From an uncultured virus (IMG/VR IMGVR_UViG_3300042449_001682) (taxonomy: Duplodnaviria; Heunggongvirae; Uroviricota; Caudoviricetes): a stretch of DNA of 20,000 nucleotides. Below, in pieces: positions 8,810 through 16,122 of the stretch (positions are counted from its first letter, which is position 1; each line of letters starts with the position of its first letter). The notes under the pieces were generated by a model. The model was not told the origin of the DNA. It worked only from the letters and a program-made list of their open reading frames with translations, and did no database searches. The position numbers and the translations under genes were made by a program. The stretch lies in the IMG/VR virus record IMGVR_UViG_3300042449_001682. The stretch is one strand, 5' to 3'.

Positions 8810-10225
8810 TTATTCCTCTTTACGGTAAGCAGGGAATTTAATCTCAAAACGTCTATCTGGTCTAGTTTCTTCATTACTGTAAGGACTTTTAACATTCTGT
8901 GGTACACCGTCTTTTATTTTTGTCTCAGGTTGATTCCAAACTAACCCACTCCATTGGTTTGTTTCACCTTTACCTACTGCAACAAAATTCACATCTTTAA
9001 ATGCACCATTCGCAATTGTTTTTAGGTATTCTACTACTGCTTTTGCTCTAGCCTCACTTAAACATTGATTGTATTTTACTCTCGGACCTTTACCCAAACC
9101 GTATTTAGAACAACCCGCGTAACGACCACCATCAGGGAAATTGGATAACGCATCTATAGAAGCATATGCATTAACTACAATAGTTTTATCTTCTAAAAAT
9201 TCTAAATACTCTTCTTTTCTATATTGTGGGATAGGATTCCATATTTTAACAATGTTCTCATCAATTATATCTTTCGCTTCTTGAGTTAATACTGCCTCAT
9301 CAATTGGAAAGTTTTTAATCGCTTCTACTGCAAAATCAAAAACAATTTCACCATCTTTACATCTTTCTGGTAACGGGCTACCGCACTCATATGTAATCTG
9401 TTCACCTGTTTCTACATCATTACAAAAACATTTTGTTGGTTCTGGATCAGTTTTATTTGGATCGGGCTCACCCCAACTTTTAGGTATATCTGCACCGTTT
9501 ATTTGAATTTTAGTAAGTTTAACCTTAAAAGATGATTCTATCTCACCATAAAGATTATCATTTAGTTTAATGAAAAACCTTCTATTAAATGATAGTAATG
9601 TAATATCCTCCAGTTTAACTAATTTGGCACCATTAACACTTTGTTTAATAGTCCTTTTTAAGTCCCTCTTATTACCAATCACCATCATTTTGAATGATAT
9701 TGGCGTAGAACCTTCAGGTATTAATCTCATTTTTATAGTTTCATTATCTATTTGATTTTTAATCGAATCATATCTATCATATAATAATCTAAAACATCTA
9801 TCCTTTAAAAGTTCTTCCCTAACTAAAGATACTGAAATATCGGTTGAGAATGGGATATATCTATCAGTTACTTTAAACATATATACACCCTTACTAGTTT
9901 TTGATAATGGTAACTCAACGTCACCTATTTTGAAAAATATATTTTCTGGTCCAGTTGCAACTACCTTAACTTTTATCTGAGGTTCTATAACATTTAATTG
10001 TTTTTCTAATAAATCATTTAACTGATTACTCATTTGGAATGACACCTCAGGTGGTCCACCATATACTCTATCACACTCTCCCTCTTCAGGATCAGTATTT
10101 TTTCCTTCAGTACTCTTATTAAAATTTTCTTCAGATAGTGAATCATGAGAATTTTCATTAATGTTAAATGACATTAATTTTCTCATTTTTTGTATTTCTT
10201 CGTTAAGGGTTTGAACTTTTTTCAT
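8810..10225 (-). CDS. 471-aa protein with C-terminal OmpA-like (peptidoglycan-binding fold) domain
   Basis: FPIDEAVLTQEAKDII..IVVNAYAS..YNQCLSEARAKAVVEYL..AVGKGET..RPDRRFEIKF; no signal peptide or beta-barrel; leader LNEEIQKMRKLM. Confidence 0.85.
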   Translation of the reverse strand: MKKVQTLNEEIQKMRKLMSFNINENSHDSLSEENFNKSTEGKNTDPEEGECDRVYGGPPEVSFQMSNQLNDLLEKQLNVIEPQIKVKVVATGPENIFFKIGDVELPLSKTSKGVYMFKVTDRYIPFSTDISVSLVREELLKDRCFRLLYDRYDSIKNQIDNETIKMRLIPEGSTPISFKMMVIGNKRDLKRTIKQSVNGAKLVKLEDITLLSFNRRFFIKLNDNLYGEIESSFKVKLTKIQINGADIPKSWGEPDPNKTDPEPTKCFCNDVETGEQITYECGSPLPERCKDGEIVFDFAVEAIKNFPIDEAVLTQEAKDIIDENIVKIWNPIPQYRKEEYLEFLEDKTIVVNAYASIDALSNFPDGGRYAGCSKYGLGKGPRVKYNQCLSEARAKAVVEYLKTIANGAFKDVNFVAVGKGETNQWSGLVWNQPETKIKDGVPQNVKSPYSNEETRPDRRFEIKFPAYRKEE

Positions 10226-10233
10226 AAAATAAA

Positions 10234-10398
10234 TTATCTTCTTCTATTTCTATTTTCTGACAATCTTTTAGATTCTCTTTGTCTTAAAGATTCAGTAACT
10301 TGCGCTCTTTTTTCTCTTTTTACTTCATTAACAATTCTTTCTACTAAGTTAATCATTTCTGATTCAGTCAATCTAATCACTTTTTTTTCTCTTCTCAT
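10234..10398 (-). CDS. Small Arg-rich protein, 54 aa (not in ORF track)
   Basis: MRREKKVIRLTESEMINLVERIVNEVKREKRAQVTESLRQRESKRLSENRNRRR*; fills the gap between the late motif and the OmpA-like gene; shares the LTES leader. Confidence 0.8.
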   Translation of the reverse strand: MRREKKVIRLTESEMINLVERIVNEVKREKRAQVTESLRQRESKRLSENRNRRR

Positions 10399-10430
10399 TT
10401 TTTTAAGTTTTTTATTCTTTTTATTCTTAT

Positions 10431-10439
10431 TATAAATAT
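10431..10439 (-). promoter_or_regulatory. ATATTTATA putative late promoter
   Basis: 32 nt upstream of ATG 10398. Confidence 0.65.
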
Positions 10440-10459
10440 ATTAAATTTTATAAAAATTT

Positions 10460-12106
10460 TTATCTAAATGTAATTGTTCCACCTACTTCATCCACTAAAC
10501 TTTGGAATTCTTTTGCATTATCAGGTGATAAGTTATTTACCACATCAGAGTTCACACCAAAACGAATAAATGTTTCGTCCTCTATCATTTTTGTTAATAC
10601 AGGTACATTAATTTCTTTTATAGGATTGTTTAATAATGTGATCATGAAACATTCTTTTAATGTTTCATAACCATCTAAAGGTGCCTTAGTAATTTGGTTG
10701 TCATTGAAACTAAGTACGTTAATCATTCTACCACCATCAGGTAAGATATTCACAGATGGTAACTCAGTTAAATTACAATTATTTGCAGTAATTCTATCTA
10801 CCTTGTGGAATTTAGACATATTTGGCAATTTACCTAAATTCATATTAGAAAAGTCTAAAGATTCTGTAACCTCAGGATCTAAATAATCCAATATCTCCAC
10901 ATTCTCAGTATTTTCCATCAACCACTTCAAATATTTGTTTTGTTGTAAAGGAACTTTTTGTTGTGAAGCCAATTTTTTAATGTTATCAACACCTTTTTGG
11001 TAAACTTCACCAGAAATAACTTCCTCTGCCTTACCACCAAACATATTCATATATTTAATGTATGCACTATCCATAAGTCCTGTACCTTTAACTACATCCA
11101 TCTCAACTAACTTACCCAATTCCTTTTTAAAGAAATCCTTTAATCCTGGAAATCTACTTAGAACTTCACTAAGTTTAGAACTTCTTTCTATTGACTGGTT
11201 GTTTTTATCGTGTAACTGATTAGATTCAAAGTGGAATTGTAATGGATACATACCACCCTCATCATCTCCTGAGAATAAAGCTTTAGGCATAATTACATAA
11301 TAATCCGATAATGTACCGTCAGGTTTAGGGTTATTTCTTCTGTAAGAATCAAAATAACTATTACCCTCTCTTCTAGTACACCATGAGGCTAAAGGACCTA
11401 AAGGATCACAACTAGACTCAATAGTCTGTGGTGAATATACTAAAACACCATTATCTCTATAAACTAATTTCGCCTCACCAAGATCAACATATTTTTTTAA
11501 TTTTTTCCAAAGAGGACTTTCACCATCTTCACTATCATCATCTGATGATCCAATAAACGGACTCACTACCGAATAAAGATGTGCCAAATCATTATATTGA
11601 TTTATGTCTGTAACATTTTGAGGTGCATTTGGTCTATTAGGTGCACTTCTCTTAAATACTTTTTTATCCTTAACACCATCAAAAATAGTTAAGAACTCAT
11701 TTGCTTCAGGTAAATCTTCAGTCAAAAATCTAATCGCTTGTTCAATATCACCATCCGCAATATGTCTTAAGAAAACTTGAATCATCCATTGAACATATTG
11801 TTTATTTCTTGATGGATCTGCCTCAACAATGTCATTAAATATTTCATCTGTTAATTTTACAGATTGTTTACCTTTATTATTTGTTACAATATAAGCAATG
11901 TCTACACCATCATGATTTTCTATGGGTTCTACTTTAATTTTGTTAGGATCCATACCACCCTCAGGTCTCTTACTTTTTTTCTCTAACTTACCTTTAGTTA
12001 AGTCATCTAATAATTTGGGGTCAATGACATTTTGAGTCTTCAAAAAGGCAACTCTATCTTCTTTTAATAAAATTCTATATTGATTTTCTGTTATAATGTA
12101 CTTCAT
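10460..12106 (-). CDS. 548-aa protein with a central WCT-motif region and C-terminal leucine-rich repeats
   Basis: LRR-like units LDFSNMNLGKLP, ITANNCNLTELP, LSFNDNQITKAP, ITLLNNPIKEI; central ADPS..KQYVQW, DINQY and ASWCT motifs; leader MKYIITENQY..LLKE. Confidence 0.7.
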   Translation of the reverse strand: MKYIITENQYRILLKEDRVAFLKTQNVIDPKLLDDLTKGKLEKKSKRPEGGMDPNKIKVEPIENHDGVDIAYIVTNNKGKQSVKLTDEIFNDIVEADPSRNKQYVQWMIQVFLRHIADGDIEQAIRFLTEDLPEANEFLTIFDGVKDKKVFKRSAPNRPNAPQNVTDINQYNDLAHLYSVVSPFIGSSDDDSEDGESPLWKKLKKYVDLGEAKLVYRDNGVLVYSPQTIESSCDPLGPLASWCTRREGNSYFDSYRRNNPKPDGTLSDYYVIMPKALFSGDDEGGMYPLQFHFESNQLHDKNNQSIERSSKLSEVLSRFPGLKDFFKKELGKLVEMDVVKGTGLMDSAYIKYMNMFGGKAEEVISGEVYQKGVDNIKKLASQQKVPLQQNKYLKWLMENTENVEILDYLDPEVTESLDFSNMNLGKLPNMSKFHKVDRITANNCNLTELPSVNILPDGGRMINVLSFNDNQITKAPLDGYETLKECFMITLLNNPIKEINVPVLTKMIEDETFIRFGVNSDVVNNLSPDNAKEFQSLVDEVGGTITFR

Positions 12107-12120
12107 TTTATTTTTTTATA

Positions 12121-12128
12121 ATAAATAT
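12121..12128 (-). promoter_or_regulatory. ATATTTAT putative late promoter
   Basis: 14 nt upstream of ATG 12106. Confidence 0.6.
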
Positions 12129-12145
12129 TAGTTTTTTTTAAAAAA

Positions 12146-13003
12146 TTATTTAATAGCGTCTGATCTAACCCATCCAGTTGTAAACCCATCTACTTTTTTA
12201 TCTAAGGTTACTTGATACCATTGGTACCCATCATCATCGGTTTTAATTTTAGTTATCGTACCAATTTTATTCGGTGACATTATTTTAGCAACTCTATCAC
12301 TTTCTCTATTAGCATCTTTTCTAACATTTGCATATCCTTCAGATTCTTTAGGGTATACAGTACTACCTACTGAATGTGAACCCTTTTCTTCTTTTTTGGT
12401 GGTGGCACTTGTAGTACTTTTAACATTACCATTAGTTTTTTTATAGGTTCCATTAATATAATCATGTATTCTTTTTGCGGATTGCTTTCTTATATTTATT
12501 GTCCCACCGCAGTCACCACATCTTTCGGATTTCGTAGCGAAACTTTCAGCCTTTGCTGGTATAGTGTCACTTTTCATCGCACTATTAAATTGGTTTATTT
12601 CAAATTTTGGAGAATCTTTAATACCACTAGGTAAATTAGGTATTAATTCACCACCTACTTTATACCCATCTTTCAATTCTATCTTAATAAAATCTAATTG
12701 TAGTTTTTCACTATTTACATCTACACCTCTATGAGATGCCAAAGAATTTAAAGCCTTTTTTCTATCACCTAACCATTGTAATAATCCAAATGCACCATTA
12801 GATCCCTCATTAGTCGAATCAAACTGGGATTCTGCCCATATATTTCCTGCCATTGCACACGCAGCATCTAATCCAAAACCTCTATTTTGTAATTTAGTCA
12901 CAATATCTTTGGCTTTATCTAAATATTCGTCAGTAACTACCTCTTGTTTGGTTTCATACAATAAAACCTTTTTTAATTGTGTTTCCGTTATAATTATACG
13001 CAT
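12146..13003 (-). CDS. Phage tail-type lysozyme domain plus C-terminal SH3b domain (peptidoglycan hydrolase)
   Basis: AACAMAGNIWAES..GAFGLLQW.GDR...L..QLDFI..EL..A.SF....ER (Phage_lysozyme2-like); ANVRK..WYQV..GWVRSDAI (SH3b); leader MRIIITETQL. Confidence 0.85.
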   Translation of the reverse strand: MRIIITETQLKKVLLYETKQEVVTDEYLDKAKDIVTKLQNRGFGLDAACAMAGNIWAESQFDSTNEGSNGAFGLLQWLGDRKKALNSLASHRGVDVNSEKLQLDFIKIELKDGYKVGGELIPNLPSGIKDSPKFEINQFNSAMKSDTIPAKAESFATKSERCGDCGGTINIRKQSAKRIHDYINGTYKKTNGNVKSTTSATTKKEEKGSHSVGSTVYPKESEGYANVRKDANRESDRVAKIMSPNKIGTITKIKTDDDGYQWYQVTLDKKVDGFTTGWVRSDAIK

Positions 13004-13009
13004 TTTGTC

Positions 13010-13027
13010 TATTTATTATATAAATAT
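13010..13027. promoter_or_regulatory. Two opposed TATTTAT motifs serving divergent genes
   Basis: Plus TATTTAT 13010-13016 (toward ATG 13046) and minus ATATTTATA 13027-13019 (toward ATG 13003). Confidence 0.55.
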
Positions 13028-13045
13028 ACGAATATATCATCTTTT

Positions 13046-13453
13046 ATGAAAAAACCAATTAAATATAAGAAAAAAATTACTAAAAAAACAGATTTGACTG
13101 AAGAAATAAAGAAAGAAATCAGAAAAATATGTAAAAAATACCCTAAAATCAAACAAAAAATCAAAAATATTAAAGATTTAGAAAAAAAACTGTATTATGC
13201 GATGGTTTGGGGGGTTACAGAGTCACAACCACTCCATATTTTAGAAAATTTTGATAAAAGAGGGTGGAAAAACCATCATTTGGATCATATTTACCCCATA
13301 TCTATGGGTTTTAAAGAAAAAATCCCACCAGAAAAGGTGGGAAATATCAAAAATTTAAGGTTTATACCCTATACGGAGAACTTAGATAAGGGATTTAAGG
13401 TTACAACTGAGTCTATGAACGCCCTAAGACGTATAAAAAGGTTGAGAAAGTGA
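13046..13453 (+). CDS. Basic HNH-like endonuclease domain protein (135 aa)
   Basis: HLDHIYPIS...NIKNLRFIPYTENLDKG fits the HNH/HNN beta-beta-alpha pattern; start moved to ATG 13046. Confidence 0.7.
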   Translation: MKKPIKYKKKITKKTDLTEEIKKEIRKICKKYPKIKQKIKNIKDLEKKLYYAMVWGVTESQPLHILENFDKRGWKNHHLDHIYPISMGFKEKIPPEKVGNIKNLRFIPYTENLDKGFKVTTESMNALRRIKRLRK

Positions 13454-14236
13454 TTAATAGAACAAATTTTTAGTGAAAATGTAATAAAATGTATCTCCTA
13501 AGTAAATTTTATCCTTATTTTCAGTGACATAAGTTTTAATTACCTTATATAACCTTTCCTCACCAATAACATCTTTATAAAATTCACATAATTCATAGTT
13601 ATCCCACCCTAAAGACTGTATTGGGTAATGCCAATATGATCTAAAGTAAGACTTTTCTCTATCTAAATCATCAAAAGTAACACCGTTTTCTTCTTGCCAC
13701 TCTTCATCATCCATTTTTTCCTCTACAACCTCTACAATTTCGCCCCATAATTTATCTTTTAGGTCCTCATTCCAACGAGTACGTCCGTCACCTATTAATT
13801 TATCCCATACAAACTCAAAAAATTTATCATCACAGGTAAATATTTCTTTATTAATGAAATAAAAGACATCATTTTCCGCAACAATGTGTATTCTAAACTT
13901 TTTTTCTGGTTCATTATAGTTAAGAATGTAATTAATTACATTTTCTGCGACATCTTTACTAGGTATACCCTCAATTAATGGGTTATCACTACCCAACATT
14001 CGATTGATTTCTATCCCAAATGCACCATCCTCGTCCCCAAATGAGTCCTTAAGATGTTTAACATAACCCTCAAAGGACTTTGGGTATTCATTATCTGCGG
14101 ATTCTTTACCTCTACGTTCTAAATTATGATTATAAATTTCTTTATACTTAAATTTAATCACGCCTTCGGCAAACCTATCCATTAAACCTTTGGTAGATTC
14201 TTGTAAAATTCTCCTTATTTTACTTTTTGTAACCAT
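13454..14236 (-). CDS. Acidic hypothetical protein, 260 aa
   Basis: ORF with leader MVTKSKIRRILQES; its stop abuts the HNH-like gene stop. Confidence 0.8.
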   Translation of the reverse strand: MVTKSKIRRILQESTKGLMDRFAEGVIKFKYKEIYNHNLERRGKESADNEYPKSFEGYVKHLKDSFGDEDGAFGIEINRMLGSDNPLIEGIPSKDVAENVINYILNYNEPEKKFRIHIVAENDVFYFINKEIFTCDDKFFEFVWDKLIGDGRTRWNEDLKDKLWGEIVEVVEEKMDDEEWQEENGVTFDDLDREKSYFRSYWHYPIQSLGWDNYELCEFYKDVIGEERLYKVIKTYVTENKDKIYLGDTFYYIFTKNLFY

Positions 14237-14240
14237 TTAA

Positions 14241-14432
14241 TTATTTCATCAATGATATGGCTTGTTGTACCAACACCTGTTTTTGAGATTCTAACAATTC
14301 AAGTTGTTTCTTTTGTTCTTTATTTAGTTCAACACCAGCCGCCTCTGATTTAATGTCTGCGATTTGTCCGTCAAGTTTATCGTGTCTCAATAAAAGTGTG
14401 TGATACATCGTTGCTTTTTCTTCGTTATTCAT
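14241..14432 (-). CDS. Small coiled-coil hypothetical protein, 63 aa
   Basis: Preferred start MNNEEKA at 14432 after an A-rich leader; the upstream ATG at 14474 lies in a hairpin. Confidence 0.7.
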   Translation of the reverse strand: MNNEEKATMYHTLLLRHDKLDGQIADIKSEAAGVELNKEQKKQLELLESQKQVLVQQAISLMK

Positions 14433-14465
14433 AATTTTAATTTTTAAAACGTTATTATTATTTAC

Positions 14466-14485
14466 CAAACCCATATTAGGGTTTG
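14466..14485 (-). promoter_or_regulatory. 5' leader stem-loop
   Basis: CAAACCC-ATATTA-GGGTTTG on the plus strand, a 7-bp stem between the late motif and the gene start. Confidence 0.45.
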
Positions 14486-14496
14486 TTTCTTTTTAT

Positions 14497-14505
14497 TATA
14501 AATAT
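14497..14505 (-). promoter_or_regulatory. ATATTTATA putative late promoter
   Basis: Heads the 14432/14236 gene pair. Confidence 0.6.
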
Positions 14506-14524
14506 CAAAAAATATAATAAAAAA

Positions 14525-14556
14525 TTTGGTGGATTCATTATTTCTTTTTACATTTG
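14525..14556 (+). promoter_or_regulatory. Bacteroidota-type promoter
   Basis: TTTG (14525-14528), N20, TACATTTG (14549-14556); 18 nt before ATG 14575. Confidence 0.8.
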
Positions 14557-14574
14557 TCCTATAAAACAACTGTT

Positions 14575-15069
14575 ATGAAAAATTTAATTTTGTTATTCGT
14601 ATTAATAGTATTATCTGTTAACTCATATTCTCAGTGTTATACCTCTAAAAAAGAAGGTTGGGTAATAAGTGATGGTATTAACACAATTAATAATAAAGGG
14701 TTTGTAATTGATTCTCATTTCCCTAAAGAAGAAACTGTTAAAGGTAAAACTACTTTTAGAAAAGTTGATAATTTATCTAAAGACACCATATCGTCTGAAA
14801 AAAATGGTTCATACTTCTATTATTTTGACTTTACTACTAAAGAATTGGATTTACATGATTGTAATGGTTCATTTAGAATTTATAATATAAGTAAAATCAA
14901 ACATAAAGGTGATACATATTACATCACAATTAAAGAATCAGGAAAAAAGATTAAGTTTAAAATTATTTTTCACGATTACGTTGAATTTACTCAAATAAAC
15001 TACTATAAAAAAGAAAAGTATAGTAATATATTGATTAATAAAAATTCCACCTATTACAGTAAGAAATAA
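14575..15069 (+). CDS. Secreted hypothetical protein, 164 aa
   Basis: Start reassigned to ATG 14575; signal peptide MKNLILLFVLIVLSVNSYS|Q; beta-rich-looking mature part with no recognised family. Confidence 0.8.
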   Translation: MKNLILLFVLIVLSVNSYSQCYTSKKEGWVISDGINTINNKGFVIDSHFPKEETVKGKTTFRKVDNLSKDTISSEKNGSYFYYFDFTTKELDLHDCNGSFRIYNISKIKHKGDTYYITIKESGKKIKFKIIFHDYVEFTQINYYKKEKYSNILINKNSTYYSKK

Positions 15070-15096
15070 ACCGAAGGTATTATCCTTCGGTTTTTT
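15068..15096. terminator. Intrinsic terminator, probably bidirectional
   Basis: AAACCGAAGG-TATTAT-CCTTCGGTTT followed by further Ts, between convergent genes. Confidence 0.85.
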
Positions 15097-15256
15097 GTGT
15101 TTCTTCAATACTTAACTGTCTATCCCTTAAAGTCTGTATTTCTTTCAAGAATTCTTCTTGAAATGCCTTTTGATACTTCTGTTGTTCCGCCTTAATCCTT
15201 TGGCTTCTAGCCTTAGATTTTTCTTTTTGATTTTTTCTATGTTTACTTTTTGGCAT
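15080..15256 (-). CDS. Small basic protein, 58 aa (not in ORF track)
   Basis: MPKSKHRKNQKEKSKARSQRIKAEQQKYQKAFQEEFLKEIQTLRDRQLSIEETQKTEG*; has its own promoter; stop codon lies in the terminator loop. Confidence 0.75.
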   Translation of the reverse strand: MPKSKHRKNQKEKSKARSQRIKAEQQKYQKAFQEEFLKEIQTLRDRQLSIEETQKTEG

Positions 15257-15278
15257 AAATATATTTTTTTATTATATA

Positions 15279-15307
15279 ATTATAATATTATTTTATTCAT
15301 TTGTCAA
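15279..15307 (-). promoter_or_regulatory. Perfect sigma70-consensus promoter TTGACA-N17-TATAAT
   Basis: Minus strand TTGACA 15307-15302, 17-nt spacer, TATAAT 15284-15279; 22 nt before ATG 15256. Confidence 0.65.
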
Positions 15308-15308
15308 C

Positions 15309-15315
15309 TATTTAT
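15309..15315 (+). promoter_or_regulatory. TATTTAT putative late promoter
   Basis: 4 nt before ATG 15320. Confidence 0.55.
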
Positions 15316-15319
15316 TAAT

Positions 15320-15721
15320 ATGAAATTGTTAGATATTATATCTGAAGACACACAAATACCATTTAAAAATAAATGTCTGATAACTATTACGAATAATAAT
15401 GGTGAAGAAATTGACGTTGAGTGTGAAGTACCTAGTACTGAAGAAGAAAAAGTTACTGGTTTAATGTATAGAGACAATCTTTGTCAAAACTGTGGTATGT
15501 ATTATGACTACGTTAGTAGTGGTTTTTGGATGAAGAACGTTAACTTCCCTATTGAGATGATTTTTGTGAACGGAGATACTATTGTAGATATTAAAAGTGC
15601 GTATCCTAATGACATATCAATTATTAAACCTTCAGAATTTTCAGACGGTAATATAGAAGTAAATGAAGGATTTTGTGAGAATAATAATATCTCTATAGGT
15701 AATACTTTTTATAAGTCATAA
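15320..15721 (+). CDS. DUF192 domain protein
   Basis: EV..T.EEK.TGLMYR..L..NCGM...FWMKNVNFPIEMIFV...IV.I...IEVNEG......I.IG; start moved to ATG 15320 (MKLLDIISE). Confidence 0.85.
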   Translation: MKLLDIISEDTQIPFKNKCLITITNNNGEEIDVECEVPSTEEEKVTGLMYRDNLCQNCGMYYDYVSSGFWMKNVNFPIEMIFVNGDTIVDIKSAYPNDISIIKPSEFSDGNIEVNEGFCENNNISIGNTFYKS

Positions 15722-16122
15722 ATTTCAGGATTCTCATCCCCAAATTGTCTAACTAATCTACCAGCCCTAGCATTCGCCTCATCTTCCCAAGGAGAACCTT
15801 TTTCACCTTCACCTTTGTTACCCCTTAAGTCACCCCTTACGTTTTGATTATGGTGTACCATTTCATGTGCAATTGATCTAATTATATCAGGTATTGCTCT
15901 ATTCTTTTTAACTACGGTAATCTCTTTTCCTTCAATATCATAATTACCTAAAGTATCAACACTATCAGTATTGTCTGTTAAATTTATTTTGAAATCGTCA
16001 CCTAATGATAATTCACTCTTACCAAATTCAATAAAATCTTCGACAATACCTTCGTTAATGTTATTTCTAACTATATTGGATACTTCTTCTTTTAATATAC
16101 GTTTAATTAATTTTTTCATCAT
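15709..16122 (-). CDS. Small HExxH zinc metallopeptidase-like (minimal zincin) protein
   Basis: IIRSIAHEMVHHNQ plus downstream WEDEANARAG third-ligand motif; leader MMKKLIKRILKEE. Confidence 0.75.
   Translation of the reverse strand: MMKKLIKRILKEEVSNIVRNNINEGIVEDFIEFGKSELSLGDDFKINLTDNTDSVDTLGNYDIEGKEITVVKKNRAIPDIIRSIAHEMVHHNQNVRGDLRGNKGEGEKGSPWEDEANARAGRLVRQFGDENPEIYDL

Noticed and set aside
10441..12150. A/T-only palindromes at about 10451-10462 and 12135-12145
   Set aside because: Expected by chance in such AT-rich DNA.
1579..13453. MTase plus HNH-like gene as a restriction-modification system
   Set aside because: More than 10 kb apart and under different promoter classes.
2519..15319. 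Longest-ORF starts at 2519, 6204, 12977, 14474, 14554 and 15158
   Set aside because: The extensions run through promoters, a hairpin or neighbouring genes; downstream ATGs fit the motifs and leaders better.
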